Below are positions 7,725 to 16,200 of a DNA stretch of 19,774 nucleotides, one piece after another. The notes beneath the pieces are model-generated. The model made no database searches. It was not told where the DNA came from and saw nothing but the letters and a program-made list of their open reading frames with translations. This stretch comes from a virus. Position 1 is the stretch's first letter; every line of letters begins with the position of its first letter. The translations under genes were made by a program, and so were the position numbers. The stretch is from UHGV virus genome UHGV-0311028, one strand, 5' to 3'.

Positions 7725-7925
7725 CTAATCTTTCGGATAGATATCCGGTCTTAAGTCAGATTTCGTAATTGCACCTGACGTGCATTGCTCAAGTTTTTTA
7801 GCCAGCACAAAACTGGCTTTTTTATAGCCATTGAAAACCAGCCGTAAGTAGCCAGGTGTTGAGCCAACTTTTCCGGCCAACTCGCCCTGCTGTTCTTTGG
7901 TTAAAGAGTCCCAATACGCTTTCAT
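7725..7925 (-). CDS. cro: Cro-like HTH repressor
   Basis: 66-aa product MKAYWDSLTKEQQGELAGKVGSTPGYLRLVFNGYKKASFVLAKKLEQCTSGAITKSDLRPDIYPKD with HTH character. Divergent from the CI gene across a 90-bp operator region. SD GGAGGT before the ATG at 7925-7923. The longer ORF to 8228 would run through the operators and the cI start. Confidence 0.6.
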   Translation of the reverse strand: MKAYWDSLTKEQQGELAGKVGSTPGYLRLVFNGYKKASFVLAKKLEQCTSGAITKSDLRPDIYPKD

Positions 7926-7930
7926 ACAAT

Positions 7931-8000
7931 ATGTACCTCCGATGTACATATTACATGATTGAAATGAACCTTCAAGATACTTGTACCTTAACGGTACAAG
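7931..8000. promoter_or_regulatory. Immunity operator/promoter region (oR-like) with two palindromic operator candidates sharing a TGTAC core
   Basis: 7931-7949 ATGTACCTCCGATGTACAT (8 of 9 symmetric positions) and 7980-8000 CTTGTACCTTAACGGTACAAG (9 of 10 symmetric). TTTAAT lies 7 nt before the cI ATG, suggesting a near-leaderless cI transcript as in lambda pRM. Confidence 0.5.
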
Positions 8001-8015
8001 GGTTTTAATTTCGTT

Positions 8016-8690
8016 ATGAAAACAATCCATGACATCCGGCGGTCTAACGCCAGAAAACTGAGAGATGGTGTTGGCGGGAATTCTTCCTTTGCCACTATGA
8101 TTGATCGCGAGCCAACCCAGACCAGCAGGTTTATGGGAGATGGTGCTACTAAAAATATCGGTGACAGCATGGCACGACACATCGAAAAATGTTTCGACCT
8201 GCCTGTCGGATGGCTCGATCAAGAACACCAGACAACGAACATCACAAAAAAACCTGATGTTTCAATCACTAATAAACAAATCACATTAGTCCCTGTCATA
8301 TCATGGGTACAGGCCGGAGCATGGAAAGAAGTTGGATATTCTGAGGTTGATTTGAGCACAGCAGAAACGTATCCCTGCCCTGTCCCCTGTGGGGAAATGA
8401 CTTATATCTTGCGGGTGATAGGTGATTCAATGATTGATGAGTACCGCCCGGGAGACATGATTTTTGTCGATCCTGAAGTACCTGCCTGCCACGGTGACGA
8501 CGTTATTGCATTGATGCACGATACAGGTGAAACCACCTTCAAAAGGTTGATAGAAGATGGGACACAGCGTTATCTCAAAGCGTTAAACCCAAACTGGCCT
8601 GAGCCTTACATTAAGATCAACGGTAATTGCTCTATAATTGGTACAGTGATTTTCTCAGGAAAACCAAGAAGATACAAAATCAAAGCCTAA
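8016..8690 (+). CDS. cI: CI-type prophage repressor with N-terminal HTH and C-terminal S24 (LexA-like) autopeptidase domain
   Basis: C-terminal RVIGDSMIDEYRPGDMIFVD...TFKRLIEDG carries the S24 Ser (GDSM) and Lys (KR) pattern. Divergent from cro. Followed by an intrinsic terminator. Confidence 0.85.
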   Translation: MKTIHDIRRSNARKLRDGVGGNSSFATMIDREPTQTSRFMGDGATKNIGDSMARHIEKCFDLPVGWLDQEHQTTNITKKPDVSITNKQITLVPVISWVQAGAWKEVGYSEVDLSTAETYPCPVPCGEMTYILRVIGDSMIDEYRPGDMIFVDPEVPACHGDDVIALMHDTGETTFKRLIEDGTQRYLKALNPNWPEPYIKINGNCSIIGTVIFSGKPRRYKIKA

Positions 8691-8702
8691 TCAATGTTTA
8701 TG

Positions 8703-8727
8703 AACCTGCTTCGGCAGGTTTTTTTAT
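8703..8727 (+). terminator. Rho-independent terminator after cI
   Basis: AACCTGC-TTCG-GCAGGTT hairpin followed by TTTTTTT. Confidence 0.65.
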
Positions 8728-8729
8728 AC

Positions 8730-8757
8730 TTGACAATGTACCTTTGAGATACATAAT
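8730..8757 (+). promoter_or_regulatory. Candidate rightward promoter (pL-like): TTGACA, 16-bp spacer, CATAAT, with a TGTACC operator-like motif in the spacer
   Basis: Read directly from the sequence. Position is immediately after the cI terminator, and the spacer motif matches the oR half-sites. Confidence 0.35.
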
Positions 8758-9179
8758 GTATCCAAGAGAAACAACAAACAGGCAGGACGTCCACGAAGTA
8801 GCCGCCTGGGGCATATGAAGTCCAAGATGATTCGTTAGCAACAAAACGCCCATAGGACGCTTCGCTCTTTAACAATTTGAATATTTTCAGCGTCAATGAT
8901 CTGTTTAGCTCCCTACAAGTAAATGTAGCGTAGCACCATGATAAATCCTGCTAGTGTTTAGTTAAAAATCGCGCGAGAGCAAGAACGACGTGAGGGCAGG
9001 CAATATTGATAGTGTTATTGCTATTAGTTTATCAAAAATATTTAGACGACCCAGATGAATATTTTTAATACATACTCCCCCTAATTTAACAGGAGTAAAT
9101 GTTGATGAATAACGAGACATCTATACTCAACAATTGTATGATATGAACAATTATATAACATAATGTAGGAAAAATAAAA

Positions 9180-9776
9180 ATGGATTGGCATGACCTTATA
9201 TCAAAGGTAATTATCGGACTTGTTACAGGCTCAATCGCAGCTTACTTAACTGCGCGATATGCACTCGGCCGTTATTATAAAGAAAAATGGTGGGACAAAA
9301 GAATAGATTTGTATACGCAATTAGTTGACTGTGTTTATCTTCTAAAAAACACAGCTGACTATTGGTATAAACATGAGTTACATCACGCTTCACAATTCCC
9401 AACCTACTTTAGTTACAAATCAAAAGAAGAAAATGAAATCCTTAGCAAATCTTTCTCTAATGAGCTTGAAAAACTCAGTAGAATAGGTGAGCTATCTTCA
9501 TTATTCTTAACAGAAGAGTGTGGGGATAAAATCCGTTCATTCATTGAAAATGAAGAAAATCTATTTATACAATGGGAGTTTGATAGTATAGAGTTGATAG
9601 ATGCCCACAAGTCAAGACTTGATAAATTAAAAGTATTACTAGACGATATTATCTCTGAAGCAAAGAGAGAGCTTAAGGTCAATAAAAAACATAACAGCCT
9701 AAAGAATATAAAGTGGTCCATAACTATGCCAGACCAAAAAAATGATGAGCCAATTAATTATTACGACAATCATTAA
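9180..9776 (+). CDS. Hypothetical membrane-anchored protein (AT-rich moron downstream of cI); possible superinfection-exclusion/abortive-infection function
   Basis: 198 aa with one N-terminal hydrophobic helix (VIIGLVTGSIAAYLTARYAL) and a charged, probably helical remainder. SD AGGA 8 nt before the ATG. Has its own terminator at 9787-9808. Strongly AT-rich. Confidence 0.6.
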   Translation: MDWHDLISKVIIGLVTGSIAAYLTARYALGRYYKEKWWDKRIDLYTQLVDCVYLLKNTADYWYKHELHHASQFPTYFSYKSKEENEILSKSFSNELEKLSRIGELSSLFLTEECGDKIRSFIENEENLFIQWEFDSIELIDAHKSRLDKLKVLLDDIISEAKRELKVNKKHNSLKNIKWSITMPDQKNDEPINYYDNH

Positions 9777-9786
9777 AACACTTTAG

Positions 9787-9808
9787 AACCCGCTGGGCGG
9801 GTTTTATT
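9787..9808 (+). terminator. Rho-independent terminator after the cI-proximal moron
   Basis: AACCCGC-TGG-GCGGGTT hairpin followed by TTTTATT. Confidence 0.6.
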
Positions 9809-10198
9809 CAAATATACTTTGCACATCACAAATAAAACTATAACGTCCTTCTTCTTTTCCTAATATCTTATATCTACTTATTTATAAGCGGCTTACAGAT
9901 CTTCAACAGATAAACCTAATGAAGGCGACAATGTTCTGATGAATAGCCACCTTTTTACTCAACTGAAAGCGCGTTCTGTCCCTTGTCATTAAGTGCCAGT
10001 TCGTTAAGTCCAAAACCTCCGGAACGCGCTTTCAATTGAGTGGGGAAAATAACTGGCGATGGCAGCCGCCCGTTGCACTAAGTGCCTCTGGATGGGGCAT
10101 TTACTGAAACGAAACCAAAACTTTTAATCGCCTTATGGCGAGGGATTCGTGCAACCAAAAATCGTGCGGTGCAGCGCACCAATTAAGGAGAACTAACG

Positions 10199-10735
10199 AT
10201 GAGTTTTATCCAGACTCTTACCGGTAAGAAGTTCAATTATATCAACTCCACCATTGACGATATTTATATCGAGGATATCGCCGGTGCGCTTTCAAATATC
10301 TGCCGCTTCGCGGGACACTTGCCGGATTTTTACAGCGTGGCGCAGCATTCCGTTCTGTGCAGTCAACTTGTGGCGCCAGAGTTCGCCTTTGAAGCGTTAA
10401 TGCATGATGCAACAGAAGCGTATTGTCAGGACATCCCCGCGCAACTGAAACGCCTTCTTCCTGACTATAAACGGATGGAAGAAAAAATAGACGCCGTAAT
10501 CCGTGAGAAATACGGGTTACCCCCGGTTATGAGCACGCCCGTGAAATATGCCGATCTCATCATGCTGGCAACCGAACGCCGCGATCTCGGGCTTGATGAT
10601 GGCTCTTTCTGGCCTCTACTGGAAGGTATCCCAGCAACAGAGATGTTCAAAGTTATTCCACTGTCGCCAGGCCATGCCTACGGGATGTTTATGGAACGTT
10701 TTAACGAGTTATCGGAGTTACGCAAATGCGCATGA
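10199..10735 (+). CDS. HD-domain phosphohydrolase (prophage early-left gene)
   Basis: H...HD...D arrangement (AQHSVLCSQL, ALMHDATEAY, DLIMLATERRDLG). SD AAGGAG. First gene after a roughly 400-bp leader. Confidence 0.55.
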   Translation: MSFIQTLTGKKFNYINSTIDDIYIEDIAGALSNICRFAGHLPDFYSVAQHSVLCSQLVAPEFAFEALMHDATEAYCQDIPAQLKRLLPDYKRMEEKIDAVIREKYGLPPVMSTPVKYADLIMLATERRDLGLDDGSFWPLLEGIPATEMFKVIPLSPGHAYGMFMERFNELSELRKCA

Positions 10736-11088
10736 ATGTTTTCGAAATGGAAGGGTTTCTTCGCGGGAAATGTGTACCGCGAGATCTGAAAGTGAATGAA
10801 ACGGATGCTGAATACCTGGTGCGTAAATTCGATGCGCTTGAAGCTAAATGTGCGGCACTGGAAAACAAAGTAATACCAGTGTCAACTGAACTGCCACCAG
10901 CAAATGAAAGTGTTTTGTTATTCGATGCTAACGGAGAAGGCTGGCTAATTGGCTGGCGTTCTCTCTGGTACACCTGGGGACAAAAAGAAACCGGAGACTG
11001 GCAGTGGACATTTCAGGTCGGGGACCTTGAAAACGTCAATATCACTCACTGGGCAGTAATGCCAAAAGCACCGGAGGCTGGAGCATAA
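10726..11088 (+). CDS. Hypothetical protein (possible DUF551-like C-terminus)
   Basis: ORF with SD GGAG, overlapping the upstream stop by 10 nt. W-rich C-terminus (GWLIGWRSLWYTWGQKETGDWQWTF). Confidence 0.45.
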   Translation: MRMNVFEMEGFLRGKCVPRDLKVNETDAEYLVRKFDALEAKCAALENKVIPVSTELPPANESVLLFDANGEGWLIGWRSLWYTWGQKETGDWQWTFQVGDLENVNITHWAVMPKAPEAGA

Positions 11089-11393
11089 TGACCACTTTTA
11101 CCGACAAAGAACTGATTAAAGAAATCAAAGAGCGTATCAGCAGCCTTGACGTGCGAGACGATATTGAGCGCCGTGCTTATGAAATCGCACTCCTATCTCT
11201 GGAAGTAGAGCCAGATGAACGCGAATCCTATGAATTATTTATGGAAAAACGTTTCGGTGGCTTAGTAGATAGTCGGAGAGCAAAAAACGGCGATAACGAA
11301 TACATGGCATGGGATATGACTCTCGGTTGGATCGTCTGGCAACAACGAGCTGGCATTCATTTTTCAACAATATCACAGCAAGAGGTGAAATAA
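11088..11393 (+). CDS. Hypothetical protein
   Basis: TAATG overlap with the upstream gene; SD GGAGG. No recognised motif. Confidence 0.45.
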   Translation: MTTFTDKELIKEIKERISSLDVRDDIERRAYEIALLSLEVEPDERESYELFMEKRFGGLVDSRRAKNGDNEYMAWDMTLGWIVWQQRAGIHFSTISQQEVK

Positions 11394-11743
11394 TGGAACC
11401 ATACAGCCTCACGCTAGATGAGGCCTGTCATTTTCTCAAGATATCCAGACCGACTGCCATTAACTGGATACGCACAGGGCGTCTGCAGGCAACACGCAAA
11501 GATCCCACTAAGAATAAATCTCCTTACCTCACAACACGACAAGCCTGCATTGCGGCGCTTCAGTCTCCGCTGCATACTGTCCAGGTGAGCGCGGGTGATG
11601 GCATAACAGAGGAAAGAAAATGTCACTCTTCCGCAGAGGTGAAATATGGTACGCCAGTTTCACATTGCCGAACGGTAAAAGATTTAAACAGTCTCTTGGA
11701 ACAAAGGACAAAAGGCAGGCGACAGAACTCCATGACAAGCTAA
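11393..11743 (+). CDS. xis: Excisionase (Xis, HTH_17/AlpA-like); 3' end overlaps int and may be shorter than the ORF
   Basis: [37 protein letters not shown] is a typical excisionase/AlpA-type HTH. ATG at 11393 with SD AGAGGTGA and TAATG coupling. Directly upstream of int. Confidence 0.6.
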   Translation: MEPYSLTLDEACHFLKISRPTAINWIRTGRLQATRKDPTKNKSPYLTTRQACIAALQSPLHTVQVSAGDGITEERKCHSSAEVKYGTPVSHCRTVKDLNSLLEQRTKGRRQNSMTS

Positions 11744-12783
11744 AGGCTGAAGCATGGCGGGTCAGCAAACTTGGTGAAATTCCTGATATAACGTTCGAGG
11801 AAGCGTGTGTCAGGTGGCTTGAAGAGAAAGCACATAAAAAATCACTGGACGATGACAAAAGCCGGATCGGATTCTGGCTTCAACATTTCGCAGGAATGCA
11901 ACTAAGAGACATTACTGAATCAAAAATTTATTCAGCAATGCAGAAAATGACGAACCGGCGTCATGAGGAAAACTGGAAACTCAGGGCAGAAGCATGCAGA
12001 AAAAAAGGGAAACCTGTTCCAGAATACACGCCAAAACCAGCGTCCGTTGCAACGAAGGCTACGCATCTTTCATTTATAAAGGCCCTGCTAAGAGCCGCAG
12101 AGCGTGAATGGAAAATGCTGGATAAGGCACCAATTATTAAAGTGCCTCAACCAAAGAATAAACGGATCCGCTGGCTGGAGCCTCATGAAGCACAAAGGCT
12201 GATTGATGAATGTCCGGAGCCATTAAAGTCTGTTGTTGAATTTGCACTTGCAACAGGCTTAAGACGCTCGAACATCATCAACCTTGAATGGCAACAAATA
12301 GACATGCAGCGCCGGGTGGCATGGATAAACCCGGAAGAGAGTAAATCAAACCGCGCAATTGGCGTTGCGCTGAATGATACTGCATGTCGCGTATTGAAAA
12401 AACAAATCGGGAATCATCACCGTTGGGTATTTGTGTATAAGGAAAGCTGTACCAAACCAGACGGAACGAAAGCGCCAACAGTCAGGAAGATGCGGTATGA
12501 CGCAAACACAGCCTGGAAAGCGGCGCTGAGACGAGCAGGTATTGATGATTTCAGATTTCACGACTTGAGACACACCTGGGCAAGTTGGCTGGTTCAAGCC
12601 GGAGTCCCGTTATCAGTGTTACAGGAAATGGGAGGCTGGGAGTCTATCGAAATGGTTCGTCGATATGCTCACCTCGCACCTAATCACCTTACCGAACACG
12701 CACGGCAAATAGACTCGATTCTGAACCCATCGGTCCCAAATTTGTCCCAGTCAAGAAATAAGGAAGGTACTAATGATGTGTAA
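11620..12783 (+). CDS. int: Tyrosine integrase, P22 Int / DLP12 IntD family
   Basis: 387 aa. N-terminus [34 protein letters not shown] and C-terminal catalytic region [39 protein letters not shown] (R...H-x-x-R...Y) match P22-type integrases from memory. SD AGAGGAAAG. Ends 15 bp from the tRNA-derived att core. Confidence 0.9.
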   Translation: MSLFRRGEIWYASFTLPNGKRFKQSLGTKDKRQATELHDKLKAEAWRVSKLGEIPDITFEEACVRWLEEKAHKKSLDDDKSRIGFWLQHFAGMQLRDITESKIYSAMQKMTNRRHEENWKLRAEACRKKGKPVPEYTPKPASVATKATHLSFIKALLRAAEREWKMLDKAPIIKVPQPKNKRIRWLEPHEAQRLIDECPEPLKSVVEFALATGLRRSNIINLEWQQIDMQRRVAWINPEESKSNRAIGVALNDTACRVLKKQIGNHHRWVFVYKESCTKPDGTKAPTVRKMRYDANTAWKAALRRAGIDDFRFHDLRHTWASWLVQAGVPLSVLQEMGGWESIEMVRRYAHLAPNHLTEHARQIDSILNPSVPNLSQSRNKEGTNDV

Positions 12784-12797
12784 CTTATTGATTTAAA

Positions 12798-12843
12798 TGG
12801 TGCCGATAATAGGAGTCGAACCTACGACCTTCGCATTACGAAT
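12798..12843 (-). other. Attachment-site core: 46 nt identical to the 3' end of a tRNA-Thr(CGU) gene (thrW-type), anticodon loop to CCA; not an intact tRNA
   Basis: The reverse complement reads ATTCGTAATGCGAAGGTCGTAGGTTCGACTCCTATTATCGGCACCA: anticodon CGT, T-arm GGTTCGACTCC, acceptor 3' strand and CCA. The 5' half of the tRNA is absent (the sequence continues tataagaatcc...). Confidence 0.8.
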
Positions 12844-12908
12844 TATAAGAATCCGCTTCTAATTCAAAGCATTACCCCATCAACACTGCGCTCACACGTC
12901 CCACCACA

Positions 12909-13043
12909 TCAAAACATGTAAAGCCTTGCAAGCCATTGTGAGGCCTTATGTGTCTCAGTTTTGTCCCACCTTGTATTACGACTTGCATAGCCAATGAAGA
13001 TCAACGTGACGACAAACGGCGCAGCAGTCTTCTTTTCCTTCAT
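12909..13043 (-). CDS. Possible small ORF (44 aa, hydrophobic core), below the ORF-track cutoff; speculative
   Basis: ATG at 13043-13041 preceded by a purine-rich tract GGGGAAGGGGAAGGGAAAGT. Product MKEKKTAAPFVVTLIFIGYASRNTRWDKTETHKASQWLARLYMF. No homology recognised. Confidence 0.2.
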   Translation of the reverse strand: MKEKKTAAPFVVTLIFIGYASRNTRWDKTETHKASQWLARLYMF

Positions 13044-13233
13044 ACTTTCCCTTCCCCTTCCCCACCATGCATACTTTTCTGCCATAACTAAAGTGAATGC
13101 CTGTTATAAGCAATAAACAGGCATTAGCGCCGCTAGCATATTAGCTACCATTCGACTGCCACACTTAAGATTGATTTCTTAAGTATAACCCGGTTTCTAA
13201 TACTACTTATATATTCAGCTCTGAGATTCATTT

Positions 13234-16200
13234 TTATCTCGTAAAATTAGTTTTATGACTTCCTGTTAGCTGACTGTCTTCATAATAAAATGCCCCACTA
13301 AACTCCTGTCGACCATAATGATGACTTGATGTGAGTGAGCCCCCTATAACATCTTTTTCACCTAATAATGTCCAAACGATTTCAAAACCATTTTCCCTTA
13401 ACATTGTTAAAAATGGTTCTTTTTTAACAAGTAGATACGGCTTTGAAGCATATACAGCTTCAGCTGCAAAGCAAACCATAGTTCCATTTTCATCATTGAA
13501 GCTACCCTCTACTTCCCCATTTTTTAAGCCCATCTTTTCAAAGATTAAGTTGCTAGGCTTCAAAAAATTCAAAGCTTCTATTTTTGATTTGTCGAACTCC
13601 TCTCCCCACAAATAATTAATCGAAGTGACACTAACATCAGCTATCTTAGCTCCAGACTCCCGGTCTGTTACCGAAGTCCAGTCAGAACCAGCATAATAAT
13701 CTGATTTAAAAGACTTAAATGCTTCGGACCAATAGTACTCCCTATTAAATAATTGGTATCTATCAGTACCTTCCGGCATCCACCTGCCCATAAAGTCTTG
13801 AGCTATTGCCCAACATCTAAAATTTTCAAATTCTTCAACTTTAACGATATAACTTCTGATCTGATACCAAACCTCTTTTCGTGGGTGCCCCCAATCATCG
13901 TTTCCAATAATTTTTGGTTCTTTCCATGATGGATAACTTTCTAATACTATCCATTCATCACCATTATCATCTTTAACTTCAATCAAAGCATATGGATTAG
14001 TTATAGTAGTAGAGCTTTGAACCCAGTCTTCATTAGAGCAAGTCCAATCAAACACTTCATCATTAAACCACCACATTTCTTTATTGCTTATTTTTTTCGT
14101 CCCAGTTTCTTTAAGTAAGATAGTGGGATCTATATCTCTTACGTAAGGCTCCCATGGCCCTTGGTATGGGTTTTCCTTTCGGTCGTCACCATAACCTTCA
14201 AAATGAATAAAATTATCGGCTAGCCTTGCCATGTATTCATAATAAGCAATCCATTGGTATTTTTTACCAATCCGTTCTTGGAATTCCTCTCTACGTCCAC
14301 GTCCAGTTCCTATTTGTTGGTCAAAATCACCATGCTTCTCCGGATCCCAACCAAGATCCAGAACACGATTGAATATAAATTGTTGAGCTAGTCGAAGATC
14401 AAAGTGTTTATCAGTTTCCAGCAGATTATTATTATGATCTAGGTATGGCTCTATTTCATTTTCAAACTCACTTAACAGATCGTATGACAATGAATTCTTA
14501 AATAGCTTCTTGCTCGCCTTTATTTCTTCCTGTGTTTTTCTACCGACCACGCTACCCAATTTAATACCTTCACATTTATCATCATAAATGAAAGGATCTG
14601 TGGCATCATATAAATCTTTTTGTTGATCAGTTAGTTTACATTTGAAAGTTTTAAAAACTCGCTTACGGTCAACAGGGGTTTCATTAAACTTGCAACCAGA
14701 CCAATCAGAATGATTATAATTTGTTCCAATAGTATATCGTGAAAAGTCACCACCTTCCATAATCGAGCTCCAGAGTTCCCGATAAGGTTCTTTATCATAA
14801 AGGGACTCTAGTTCCTCTTTTGAAGGAATCTTGTCAGGCCAAATGCTGTTGTAGGGTGGTCTAGTCTTGGATAATTCAATGCTTTCAAGTTCCAATCCAA
14901 GATGATTAGCAAATTCAATAATCTCTCTAGCATAATCTCTAAGTAATATATTTGGATACACATACTCAGAACAAAATACCTTTTGGTAAACAGTTTCGGC
15001 TAAATATTTTAGTTCTTTAATATTATCAGTTCGCAATGTACAACCCAATGCAACTGCAAATATTCTTTCCCAAACGTAAGGATCATTTACACCATAAAAC
15101 TTATCAATTATTTTTCTCAATACAGGAATTCTTGGCTCGAGTAAACTCACTAAAGCCTTGGTTGAGCAATCTCGAAGTTCTCGGTTACTAGAAGTTAAAA
15201 ACCAGCATAAACTAGTTGCAACTAGCTCGATTGACTCATCCGAAACGAAGCTTTTATCTGTTCTGCCCCATGCCCAATCGATTAGATGCCTAAATGCTGA
15301 GTCTTCACTATATTTATATTTAAGTTTTGTAGTCCAACACGAATCTCGATTTCCCAAAGAGTAATCTTTTAGCCAATCATGCAAAAAATTAGCATTAAAG
15401 GGATGGTCAACTAAACCTGAAATAGAGATCACTGCCTCGAGAAAATGATCAAAACTACCTTTAAATTTAAAAACATGTTCATTGATGAAAGGTCTGATTT
15501 TTTCGAAATCAATAGCCTTAATATCTCGCCATATCAAGCTATCAATAAAGGCTTCTAGTAATTTATGATTATTGCTGAACTCCGGCAGAAATTCATAAAG
15601 CTCTTTTCCATACTTTTCTGGCAATTGAATAGAAAGCGCCTCAACTATTCCCGAGTTTGTATAAAAATCACATTCATCATGAAAATATTTTTTCAGACAA
15701 CCATCTGACTTAAATTCATTTTCGATATTTTCAACATCATTTAATAAAAAATTAACAGTTAAATGATCATCAAACCTTTCAAAAGCCACATGAACTACTT
15801 CCTCAGTAGCATTATCATTATTTCTCACTATGCCTTTAGTCAATAATCCTTCGTCAATCAAGGCGCTGAGGAAATTTTTATCTGTAACATAATCATTAAC
15901 TACAGATTGAACCACTGAGTGAGCATCTCTAAGTGAAATACTATTACTACCAATCTCTAATTTGAATTTTATGATTTCGTTGAGAGCATCTTTTACAAGA
16001 GGAAAACTGGGATCGAAATCATATTTTCTTGGCGATGCCAATGATTTATTCACCCCTTCCACTAAAAAGTTAAAAATATTTGAAATCCCATTAAACCCAA
16101 CAGGTACTTTGGTTAAACCATTTTTCTTAATGCCTTCACACAATAACTTAAGAAATAGAGGGTTTTTAAACTCTGGATTAAGATTCGGTGATGAAGGCCT

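Larger units (their letters stand above)
102..12843. mobile_element. Lambdoid prophage arm (lysis - Q - nin - replication - immunity - early-left - xis/int - att core); no structural genes within the window
   Basis: Gene order and orientation follow the lambdoid map. Bounded on the left by the endolysin junction and on the right by the tRNA-derived att core. Confidence 0.75.

Noticed and set aside
7725-8228. Long 167-codon version of the cro ORF
   Set aside because: It would read through both operator dyads and the cI start region. The internal ATG at 7925 with a GGAGGT SD gives a typical 66-aa Cro-like protein.
8627-8896. ORFs 8627-8818 (+) and 8687-8896 (-) after cI
   Set aside because: They overlap the cI terminator and candidate promoter and have no coding signal. 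Regarded as intergenic.
12798-12843. Intact tRNA-Thr gene
   Set aside because: Only the 3' 46 nt (anticodon loop to CCA) are present. The sequence expected for the D-arm and 5' acceptor strand is replaced by unrelated DNA, so this is an att core, not a functional tRNA.
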